In this document: positions 50,701-62,700 of the stretch, one piece after another | Layout of the letters: each line of letters starts with the position of its first letter | How positions within the stretch are numbered: the stretch's first letter is position 1 | From: Squalus acanthias | Taxonomy: Eukaryota | Direction: 5' to 3' | Length of the DNA stretch: 64,000 nucleotides | NCBI GenBank assembly: GCA_030390025.1 | Contig: CM059432.1 | Location: 143,470,001-143,534,000, forward strand | Notes under the pieces: generated by a model | Told to the model about the DNA's origin: nothing | The model's input: only the letters and a program-made list of their open reading frames with translations | The model's database searches: none | Made by a program: the position numbers and the translations under genes

Positions 50701-53700
50701 AATTCAAATTCTCCAACTGCCCACGGTGGGATTTGAACTCACGTTCTCTGGATTATTAGTCCAGAGTCCATCAGTAGAATGTCATTTCTTGTTTCCCTCT
50801 TTACCTTGTAGGACGCCGACTATGAAGGTGGCCAGGTGACAGTCGAAACCGATGCTTTCTGTGGGCGATACTCTGTAAAAAATCCCAGGTCTTTGTTTGG
50901 CTTCGCACAATATCGTCATCCAGTTTCGTTAACCATGTACAAACAGGTGAGACCAAAGCTACCTGGAGACGAACGAAAACAGTTCTTGAAGTGCGTTGTC
51001 ATCCGATACAAGCTGTATTTGTAGTGCTTTCATTCTACTGTTACTCTGAAAAGAATGGCAGATATTCGAGACTGGTGCTTACCCCTGTTACCGATCGACT
51101 GGTTTCGAGCTACAAACTCATGTCCATGTCCATTTGATCCATAGAGCTCAATGACACCGCTCCTTTAAATGTTCATGGCAGGTCTATAAATAAGAACATA
51201 AGAATTAGGAGCAGGAGTGGGCCATACAGCCCCTCAAGCCTGCTCCGCCATTCAATAAGATCGTGGCTGATCATCGACCTCAACTCCACTTTCCTGCCCT
51301 ATCCCCATATCCCTTGATTCCCTTAGTGTACAAAATCTATCGATCTCTGTCTTGAATATACTCAACGACTGAGCCTCCACAGCCCTCTGGGGTAGAGAAT
51401 TCCAAAGATTCACCACCCTCTGAGTGAAGAAATTTCTCCTCATCTCAGTCCTAAATGGCCGACCCCTTATCCTGAGACTGTGCCCCCTAGTTACAACATT
51501 AACAACAGTGACTACACTCCAAAAGTACTTAATTGGCTTTAAAGCACTTTGAGGCGTCTGGTGGTTGTGAAAGGCGCTATATAAATGCAAGTCTTTCTTT
51601 TAGTTCTAGACTCTCCAGCCAGGGGGAAACATCCTCTCAGCATCTACCCTGTCAAGCCCGCTAAGAATTTTATATGTTTCAATGAGATCACCTCTGATTC
51701 TTCTAAAATATAGGCATATATATATATATATATATATAAAAACTTGTTTCCTTAATGGCTCGGTAGCTATGGGCACTGAACCATACAGATGAGGAAGCTC
51801 CCTGCTTCCATCCCTGCTTGATCTTAGACTCTGTAATTGGCCCCAGTGTCCAGCTACCCAACAATTGCTGCTGGGAACAGGCTCGTCTGTGATGCTCCCC
51901 TGGTTCAATAGCCTGCTGACATTTGCCGCCTAGGCTCACAGGTGAAGAAATGAGGCTTGAGTAAGGTAGGAGAGGGCTGCTGTTGGCACCCTCAGGAGGA
52001 ATGGGGAGAAAACTGGGGAGGAGGGGAGGGGAGGGGAATTCTCAAAGAACTTTGGCTTTGCAAAATTGCAGAATAACCAGCTGCAAAGTTGATGGTTCAA
52101 TGAGTGTGAAACATAAATTTTCATACTTAAAGAAGAACTATGCAGTGTGGGTTGGGCGCTTTCCTTGGCCCCTGATTTGTTTGCGCTGATTTACACCCAG
52201 TTTAAGACCGGGCGTATTCTAATGAGATTGGGAGGGTACTGGGACGTAACTTCACTTTGGCAGAACGGCACGTGTTGGGCGTATTTCCGGGTCTAACTCC
52301 AGGTTGTGCCCAAGGAGGAAATTCCAAACCTCTGATAATTACAAACTTCATTTCCTTTGCATGATTTTAAAAATAGTTAATATAAATCTTGATTGAATTA
52401 AACTCTTGTGACTGTTTGCCGTACATTTATTCTGCTTGATGCAACGATCAATACTATAGAATCCGTACAATGATGTCTTGCTACACAGTTTTTAAGTAGG
52501 TGACTATTAGATATGAAATACTAATAATAAAGAACAGTGCGACTAATGTGACTTTAACTGTGTGTTCAGCTTTGTTTTGCATATAAAGGTGCTTTGAGAA
52601 ATTATCTTCGTCTGTCGTTCAATTACAAAAATGAAGATACAAGATTTCAAAAGAATATTGAGTTCCAATACAATTTTGCTCAAGAGAATCAGTAAGTATT
52701 GATGCTTAAATATGATTTAATTTGGGTTTTATTTTACACTCCAAATATTGTTGTATCTGCCAGATTTACCCATTCGATAAATGGCACGGTCTAAATGCTA
52801 TTTGCTGTCAAGATAAAAGTAACTAATAATTGTCCTCAGAAACGAGAAGAGATAGATTAGAAGGTAAGCTCCACTCTCGGCATGAAGGCTCGCTCAATGG
52901 GAATGCTGATAGAACGGGACGCGGCATTGGAGCTGTGTCTCAGTAAAATGACCCTTTAAAGTTTAGTTTGTAATTTATGTCCTTTATCATTGGGAGAATG
53001 AGGAAAGCCTAAAGCACTGCATTTTATAATATTTGCAGCAAAACAGAACTATCGGTTAGAAAGAAAGGAGAAAGACTTGTATTTATATCACACCTTTCAT
53101 GACCTCAGGGCATCTCAAAACACAAGACCATTGTGGGTTCAAGCCCCACTCCAGAGACTTGAGCCCATAATCCAGGCTGACACTCCCAGTGCAGTGCTGA
53201 GGGAGTGCTGCACGGTCGGAGGTGCCGTCTTTTGGATGAGACGATAAACCGAGGCCCCGTCTGCCCTCTCAGGTGGATGTTAATGATCCCATGGCCAATA
53301 TTTCGAAGGAAATTAAGGGACTTGACAGGGTAGATGCAGGGATGATGTTTCCCCTGGCTGGGGAGTCCAGAACTGGGGGAAATAGTCTCAGAATAAGGGG
53401 CCGGTCATTTAGGACTGAGATGAGGAGAAGTTTCTTCGCTCAGAGGGTGGTGAATCTTTGGAATTCTCTACCCCAGAGGGCTGTGGAGGCTCAGTCGTTG
53501 AATATATTCAAGACAGAGATCGATAGATTTTCGATTATTAAGGGAATCGAGGGATATGGGGATAGTGCAGGAAAGTGGAGTTGAGGTAGGAGATCAGCCA
53601 TGATCTTATTGAATGACGGAGCAGGCTCGAGGGGCCGAATGGCCGACTCCTGCTCCTATTTCTTATGTTCTTATGTAAGCAGGAGAGTTCTCCTGGTTTC

Positions 53701-56700
53701 CGGGCCAATATTTATCCCTCAATCAATATCACTAAAACAGATTATCTGGTCATTTTTCTCATTGCTGTTTGTGGAACTTTACTGTGCGCAAATTGACTGC
53801 CACATTTCCCAGATTACAACAGTGACTGCATTTCAAAAAGTGCTTTATTGGCTGCAAAGCGCTTTGGGATGTCCTGAGATGGTGAAAGGCAAAGTGACTG
53901 CATAGTTGTTCTACTGTACATGAGAGAAGCTCGATCCTAAATAACCCCCACCCCTGAAAAGGAGAGAATTCCCCCCCAATTAATGATCTGAGAAAACTTG
54001 TTAGATTGGTCAGAAGTGAAGGGACCTCCTTTCAGACATGGGGGGCCGGATTTTGAATGACCCGTGGAGTCGGGTTTGGAGGCGTGTGGGGGGTTAAAGT
54101 TGCAGATTCGGGGGTCTCGACTCCATTCCGCCTCCACGCAATTTTAACAAAATCAGTCACGGGGTTCCCGACTCCGTCCCACCTACAAGAGGCGGGAGAG
54201 GCCATTAAAGCCCTTAACAAGCTGTAAATTGACTCTGTAATGCCATTTTGAAACGTTTTAGCTAGTTTAACCCTTTTCCGACGTGAAGTACGCCTGATGT
54301 GAAACACGCCAGTGAAACCTGGCGGGAGCACAAGTGGATAGCTGACTATCAGCTGCAGGTCCACTATTACAACAGAGATGTGATGAAGGTAGTAGTAGTA
54401 CACGGGCAACACAGTGGCATAGTGGTTAGCACTGTTGCCTCACAGCGCCAGGGACCTGGGTTCGAATCCGGCCTCGGGTGACTGTCTGTGTGGAGTTTGC
54501 ACATTCTCCCCGTGTCTGCGTGGGTTTCCTCCGGGTGCTCCGGTTTCCTCCCACAGTCCAAAGATGTGCGGGTTAGGTTGATTTGGCTATAATAAATTGA
54601 CCCTTAGTGTTAGGGGGGATTAAATACGTGGGGTTACGGGGATAGGGTGGGATATGTGTCGGTGCAGGCTCGATGGGCCGAAATGGCCTCTATCTGCACT
54701 GTGGGGATTCTGTGAGTATTGTGATGAAGGTAGTAGTAGTATTAGGTCTGAAAGTCGCCTCTGATGCTGCTGCATTGAATGTCTTCAGAGACTGCCTGGG
54801 AGGACTTGGTTGCAACAAAAATTGTGTCTCTCTGTCTCTCTGTGTCTCTGTCTCTGCCCGGGGTGTCCAACCTATGCCTCAGAAACCCTTATACGTATTT
54901 GCTGCTTTGCTCCATATACATTTTGTGGGCCAGGAGGTTTGGAAAGGATGTTATTTCATTGGTGGATAAATCCTAAATCAGACCCCAGCCACTTGCGGTT
55001 CTATGGGTATTGATGGGAACGTGGAGTGACGCCAAGCTTCCATCTGTACCTATGCAGCCCACAGATGTAAAAGTCTGGATACCTCTGCTTTCGGAGGCAC
55101 CTTCACATGAGTTTAGAGACCTTGGGGTAGATTTTCAACTTCCCACCCGGGGGTAAAACTGGTGTTCAGATTGTAGAATTTCAACTCCATTGAAATCAGT
55201 TTACGCCTGATTGACGAGTTGAAAATCTCCCCCCCCACACCCCCCCACCCCCACCGCCCCCCTTTATCTGTATGTTTCTGGTTGTTTAATTTGAGAGAGA
55301 TTAGATGTTGAGGCTTTGATATGCTGGACTATACAGAACCTTAACTGGGTTCCTCTTGGTTCTAGATGGTCCTACACCTGCATCAATTTGCTTAACCTTG
55401 TGCAGTCCAAGTTTCCTGGAGGAAGCAACTTCATGTTGAATGCGATCTATCTGTACAAGGACACATCAGGCCAGGATTTCTTTGTGGACACTGTTTACAT
55501 TGGACAGCAGGCTACAACGAACAATCCAGATGGTATTTTTATTTTTTATTTAAAGCCCGAGTGGAGATCTGATCAGAATTCCGTTACTGTAATAATGATA
55601 AAAGAAGTAAATGTAATAGAGAATTCCTGTAAATTATAATCAGGTTTACATAGGTCAGCAATGCTTAAACCAATACTGGCCATAAGAAACATAAACAAGC
55701 ACAAAGTAAGAAAATGTGCATCAAATAACGATAACGAGAGAGCACAGATTTAAGGTGATTGGCAAAAGAACCAGAGGCGACATGAGGAAAAGCTTCTTTA
55801 CGCAACGAGTGGTTAGGATTTGGAATGCACTGCCTGAGAGCCAAGCTCTTCCAGTACAGCTACAACACTGGCATCTGCCCGACAATGTGGAAAACTGCCC
55901 AGGTATGTCCTGTCCACAAAAAGCAGGACAAATCCAATCCGGCCAATTACCGCCCCATCAGTCTACTCCCAATCATCAGCAAAGTGATGGAAGGTGTCAT
56001 CGACAGTGATATCAAGCGGCACTTACTCACCAATAACCTGCTCACTGATGCCCAGTTTGAGTTCCACCAAGACCACTCGACTCCCGACCTCATTACAGCC
56101 TTGGTCCAAACATAGACAAAGGAGCTGAATTCCAGAGATGAGGTGAGTGACTGCCCTCAAGATAAAGGCAGCATTTGACCGAGTGTGGCATTAAGGAGCC
56201 CTAGTAAAACTGAAGTCAATGGGAATCGGGGGGGAAACTCTCCACTGGCTGGAGTCATACCTAACACAAAGGAAGATGATTGTGGTGGTTGGTGGTCAAT
56301 CATCTCAGCCCCAGGACATCGCTGCAGGAGTTCCTCAGGGCAGTGTCCTAGACCGAACCATCTTCAGCTGCTTCATCAATGACCTTCCCTCCAACATAAG
56401 GTCAGAAGTGGGGATGTTCGCTGATGACTGCACAGTGTTCAGTGCCATTCACAACTCCTCAGATAATGAAGCAGTCCATGCCCGCATGCAACAAGACCTG
56501 GACGACGTTCAGGCTCGGGCTGATAAGTGGCAGGTAACATTCGCGCCACACAAGTGCCAGGCAGTGACTATCTCCAACAAGTGAGAGTCTAACCACCGCT
56601 CCATGACATTCAACGGCATTACCATCGCCGAATCCCCCACCACCAACATCCTGGGGGTCACCATTGACCAGAAACTTAACTGGACCAGCCACATAAATAC

Positions 56701-59700
56701 TGTGGCAACAAGAGCAAGTCAGAGGCTCGGTATTCTGCGGCGAGTTTCTCACCTCCTGACTCCCCAAAGCCTTTCCACCATCTACAAGTCACAAGTCAAG
56801 AGTGTGATGGAATACTCTCCACTTGCCTGGATGAGTGCAGTTCCAACAACACTCAAGAAGCTCGACACCATCCAAGACAAAGCAGCCCGCTTGATTGGCA
56901 CCCCATCCAACACCTTAAACATTCACTTCCTCCACCACCGGCGTTCCGTGGCTGCAGTGTGTACCATCTACAAGATGCACTGCAGCAACTCACCAAGGCT
57001 TCTTCGGCAGCACCTCCCAAACCTGCGACCTCTTCCACCAAGAAGGACAAGGGCAGCAGGCGCATGGGAACACCACCACCTCCAAGTTCCCCTCCAAGAG
57101 ACCGCACCTGGAATACTGCATACAGTTTTGGTGTCCTTACTTAAGGAAAGACATCCTTGCTCTTGAGGCAGTGCAAAAAAGGTTCACTCAGTTAATCCCG
57201 GGGATGAGGGGGTGGTCATATGAGGAGAGGTTGGGTAGATTGGGACTCTACTCATTGGAGTTCAGAAGAATGAGAGGCGATCTTATTGAAACATATAAGA
57301 TTGTGAAGGGGTTGGATCGGGTGGATGCGGGGAGGATGTTCCCGATGACGGGTGAGACTAGAACTAGGGGACATAGTCTTAGAATAAGGGGCTGCTCTTT
57401 CAAAACTGAGATGAGGAGGAATTACTTCACTCAGAGGGTGGTAGGTCCATGGAATATGCTGCCACAAAAAGCTGTAGAAGCTACATCATTAAATAAATTT
57501 AAAACAGAAATAGACAGTTTCCTAGAAGTAAAGGGCATTAAGGGTTACGGGGAGCGGGCAGGAATTTGGACATGAGTCTAGGTTCGGATCGGTCATGGCC
57601 CTGTGGGTAGTGGAGCGGGCCCAGGGACCATGTAGCCTGATTCTGCTCCTATTTCGTGTGTGCAATTCTGTTAGATGCAGGAGATGGTTCTGTGATAGTA
57701 GATAGTAGATTGGCGGTTAGGATCAGATCAGCCATGATCTTATTGAATGGCGGAGCAGGCTCGAGGGGCCGATTGGCCTACTCCTGCTCCTATTTCTTAT
57801 GTTCTTATGTTCTTATAAGTCACACACCATCCTGACTTGGAAGTATATTGCCGATCCTTCATTGTCGCTGGGTCAAAATCCTGGAACTCCCTACCTAACA
57901 GCACGGTGGGAGTACCTTCACCACACGGACTGCAGTGGTTCAAGAAGGCGGCTCACCACCACCTTCTCAAGGGCAATTAGGGATGAGCAATAAACGCTGG
58001 CCTTGCCAAGACACCCACATCCCATGAACGATTTTTTTAAAAAGAGGGCGGTGGAAGCAGATTTAATAGTAACTTTCAAAAGGGAATTGGATAAATACTT
58101 GAAGGAGAAAATAATGCATGGAGATGGGGAAGAGTGGGGTTGTGAGACTAACTGGATTGCACTTCGAAAGGGCCAGCACAGATTCGATGGGCCGAATGGC
58201 CTCCTTCTGTGCTGTACTATTCTATGATTCTATGAAATCCATGGAGACCTGTTGACCTTTGTGATGTGTACAGCTCTGCACCAAGAGCAGGAATCCTGAA
58301 TCCATAAAATCTATCGTATCGTATCTGAGCATCGTAAAGGGTGAGGAAAATGGCACGGTTTTGTTGGGTAAGGGCATCCAGGGATATGGAGCTAAGATGG
58401 GTAAATGGAATTGAGGTACAGATCAGCCATGATCTAATAGAATGGCTGAACAGGCTCGAGGGGCTGAATGACCTCCTCTTGTTCTTATGTTTACACCCCT
58501 GCGGAGAAGCATGAATTGTGTTATATGTGGCTTCTATCTGTACCTGGAGCTGAGACTATAGTATTAGGAGCTGGCACAGGGCTCTTCTTGGGCAGTCTAT
58601 TCCAGATCTTCCTTATCTACCCTACATGGCTGGTCTGAGGTGACAACGCCTTACTCAAAGAGTTTCATTTTTGAAGTATATTTCGGAGTTCTAGTAGAGG
58701 TTGTGTACTATTAACTGTTTGTAATATTTTGCTTTTACGTTCAGTGAATGGCATCTTTAATTTGCAGATATACCGCTGCGAGCTCGCCCACCATTGTTTG
58801 ACAAAGGAATTATTATCGAGCAGTTCATAGTTACCCAGAGAGAAATTGAAAATGTCACAGTGTATAATCTGTATGAAGTCACCATGATTCCCTTCAACTG
58901 TAGCTATAACATTCCACTGCTGGAGGTTGGCTTTGCTCAGGTCAGTATGACATGATATTTGGGTAGAAACTGAAAAAGGATCACCTTTTAGTGACTGAGG
59001 GACTATTTCACGAATCTGCATAATTCTCAGAGACCCACCCCACCCCGGTCAAAGTGTATTGTTCTGGTGTCCAACAAATGTGACGTCATCCAGTTCGGAC
59101 CTAAGAAAGATAAATCAATGTATTTTCTAAATGGTGAGAGATTAGGGACTGTAGAGGAGTCCCAAGTACACAAATTATTTAAAGCTGGTACAAAAAAGAA
59201 TCAAAAACGCTAATGGAATGTTGCACCTGGAGTACTGCATACAGTTTTGGTGTCCATACTTAAGAAAAGACATACTTGCTCTCGAGGCAGTACAAAGAAG
59301 GTTCACTCGGTTAATCCCGGGGATGAGGGGGTGGACATACGAGGAGAGGTTGAGTAGATTGGGACTCTACTCATTGGAGTTCAGAAGAATGAGAGGCGAT
59401 CTTATTGAAACATATAAGATTGTGAAGGGGCTTGATCGGGTGGACGCGGTGAGGATGTTCCCAATGATGGGTGAAACTAGAACTAGGGGACATAATCTTA
59501 GAATAAGGGGCTCCTCTTTCAAAACTGAGATGAGGAGAAACTTTTTCACTCAGAGGGTAGTGGGTCTGTGGAATTTGCTACCCCAGGAAGCTGTGGAAGC
59601 TACTTCATTAAATAAATTTAAAACAGAAATAGACCGTTTCCGAGAAGTAAAGGGAATCAGGGGTTACGGGGAGCGGGCTGGAAATTGGACATGAGTTTGA

Positions 59701-62700
59701 GTTCGGATCAGTCAAGGCCCTGTGGGTGGCGGAGCCGAGTGGCCTGGTCCTGCTCCTGCTTCTTGTGTTCTTTAGAGCTGAGGTTGGATCAGATCAGCCA
59801 TGATCTCATTGAATGGCGGAGCAGGCTCGAGGGGCCGATTGGTCTACTCCTGCTCCTATTTCTTATGTTCTTATGTTCTTATGTTCTTTATCTCAAGGGG
59901 GGCTGGAATACAAAGGGGATGAAGTGTTGCTTCAGTTGTACAAAGCCTTGGTCAGACCCTATCTGGAGTACTGCGCTCAGCTCCAGGCACTGCACCTCAG
60001 GAAGGATATATTGGCCCACATTGAACTCCACTTGTCATAGTTTTGCCCACTCACTTAATCTGTTTTTGTCCCTTTGCACCTTCCTGCTCACATCTAGACT
60101 ACTTACTGTCCCTCCTACCTACGTTTCTGGAACTAATACCCCGTCTCCTGTTTCCTAACCCAAATCTATCCCATCCTTTTTCTCAGTGTCAGCCATGGTT
60201 CGGTTGGTAGCACCCTCGCCTCTGAGTCAGACGGGATGTAAAAGATCCCACGGCCACTATTTCGAAGAAGAGCAGGGGAGTTCTCCCCGGTGTCCTGGAC
60301 AATATTTATCCCTCAATTAACATCACTAAAACAGATTATCTGGTCATTATCACATCGCTGTTTGTGGGAGCTTGCTGTGTGTAAATTGGCTGCCACGTTT
60401 CCTACATTACAACAGTGACTACACTTCAAAAAGTACTTCATTGGCTGTAAAGCACCTTGGGACGTCCAGTGGTCGTGAAAGGCGCTATAGAAATGCAAGT
60501 CTTTTTTCTTTTTTAAACCCTGCCATGGATTTCTGTTCCCCAACCCATGCTGGTAATGTGCTCCATGATTCTAACCCCTTCTTACTAAAAATAGTTGTTA
60601 CATTTCCTATTTTCTATGACACCCTTAACTTTGAACTCCTGGTCCTCCAATCCACTGTCCGACAGAAGAGTTTTCTTGGATCCAAATTCCCCATTCATTA
60701 AATCTTTAAATCCCTCGATCAAGATTTCTCCCCCCCCCCCGCCCCCCAACCCACACACTTGCCCTCTCCCTTCTCCAGAGAGTAATGTCCCAAAGTGGAC
60801 AACCTTTCCCCATAAACCAGCCCTCTTAAGTTCAGGAATCTTCCTTGGGGGGCTCCTCAGAACTCTCTCCAATCATTCTACATCCTTCCTGTAATATGGA
60901 GACACACACTGAGCACAGAACTCCAGCAGGGCCAAATGCAACCAACATCACCGCATAAATCACCCCATGCTATACATCCATCTTTTCATTTTCTTCCTTT
61001 ACTACCTGGCAGCACCAAACTCTTCTGTTTGTAGAGGATAGGGTTTTTTTTTAGTGCAGTTGGGAAGCAATTTTCTAGAATTAGACTGGGACCTCGTCAA
61101 AGTGGGATCAATTTTAAAACGCTGCTTTAGAATAAGATTACAGTATAAAAATGTCTGGTTCTTGACTGGTGGCTGAGTGTATGCTCTTCTCTCGTGTTTG
61201 GAAGGGTCCAGTTGGTGGTAAGTTGGATCTAACTGTGTTCCCAATGTTTTGGACAGTCTACGAGTTAGAATTCCCACGGTGTTCCCCCAATCTCCCACTA
61301 CATCTTCAGTGGATCCGCAGAACAGTGAGAGGACTGGTGTAAACGGCCGGGTTTCTCTGAGGCTTTCCCACCAATATCCCATCGAGGTTACAGCGGGAGA
61401 TTGGGAGAAACCCCTGCGGAAAATGGTAGGAAAATGTCTCTGCTTGGAAGTGTAACGTTTGTGATGAATGTTCGTCCAGGCTGTGTCCAATGGCACAAAG
61501 AATGAGGTGGCTCACAGGGGAAGCACATGGCCCGAAGGGTCCGTTTTAAGAGTCCGGAGAACGGAAGCAGCATCTCCTCCAGTCACTGGCACCCTGGATA
61601 TTGAGGTCTTTGGGAGATCTTTGAAAGGTAAGCAGTGAATGCTGAAACTGTGTCTTTTTTTTGGAAACCTTCTCTCAATCTGTTTGTCTTCTGAAAACCC
61701 TCTTCAGACCAAGGTAAATCTCGGGAGGTTCTGCTTTGTATGGAGTCTCACTCGACAGGAATGTTCTAGATTTTTCCAGCCGTAACGATTAATCTCTAGA
61801 AAATCGGGTACACTGACCTACGTACCAGATTCTCTGATCCGCAGTGGGGGATGTGTCCCGTAATATGTAGCCTACTGTATTTGTGATGTGGAGATGCCGG
61901 TGTTGGACTGGGGTGGACAAATGTGAGAAGTCGCACAACACCAGGTTATAGTCCAACAGCTTTATTTGAAATCACAAGCTTTCAAAGCGCTGCTCCTTCG
62001 TCAGGTGAAGTGAAGAGATGCATATCGGCACAGCATATATAGTCAGAGAACACTGCCAGATGATTACAGTTAATCTTTCCAACTGCCCTTTATCACACCT
62101 CGGCAGAGAGATAATCACGGCAATCACAATTTGGACACCATCCACACCTTTGATTGCCGTGATTATCTCTCTGCCGAGGTGTGATAAAGGGCAGTTGGAA
62201 AGATTAACTGTAATCATCTGGCAATGTTCTCTGACTATATATGCTGTGTCGATATGCATCTCTTCACTTCACCTGACGAAGGAGCAGCCGCTCCGAAAGC
62301 TTGTGATTTCAAATAAAGCTGTTGGACTATAACCTGGTGTTGTGCGACTTCTCACATACTGTATTTGTGTTCTGGGGCTGTGTACAATGCCAAATTTCAG
62401 TTTATTAAAGTGCCAACAAAGCCAGATAACTTTGACCATAATCTTGATTTCATAGCAGTTAACAGGACAAAAGCACTTCAGTCAGCCTCCGACAGCTCAC
62501 TTCACTGCAACTTCGCGTTTGCGTCTCCTTCTCACCGACTCGTCTTCCACATACCTGTGTCAGCCGTGGCTCAGGGGGAAACAGTCTCGCCTGACGGAAG
62601 GTTGTTGGTTCAAGCCCCACTCCAGAGACTTGAGCACATGATCCAGGAAATGGGAACTCCCAGTATAGCGAGCCCCTGGCACAATATCCCCCCCCCCCCT

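Noticed and set aside
54401..54475. tRNA gene-like sequence (also ~26900-26958, 60187-60230, 63925-63995)
   Set aside because: These are tRNA-derived SINE heads that continue directly into SINE bodies.
61972..62332. Mirror-image ORFs on both strands, or a miRNA gene
   Set aside because: Explained by the Penelope-derived palindrome; no coding signature, and the stem is far longer than a pre-miRNA.
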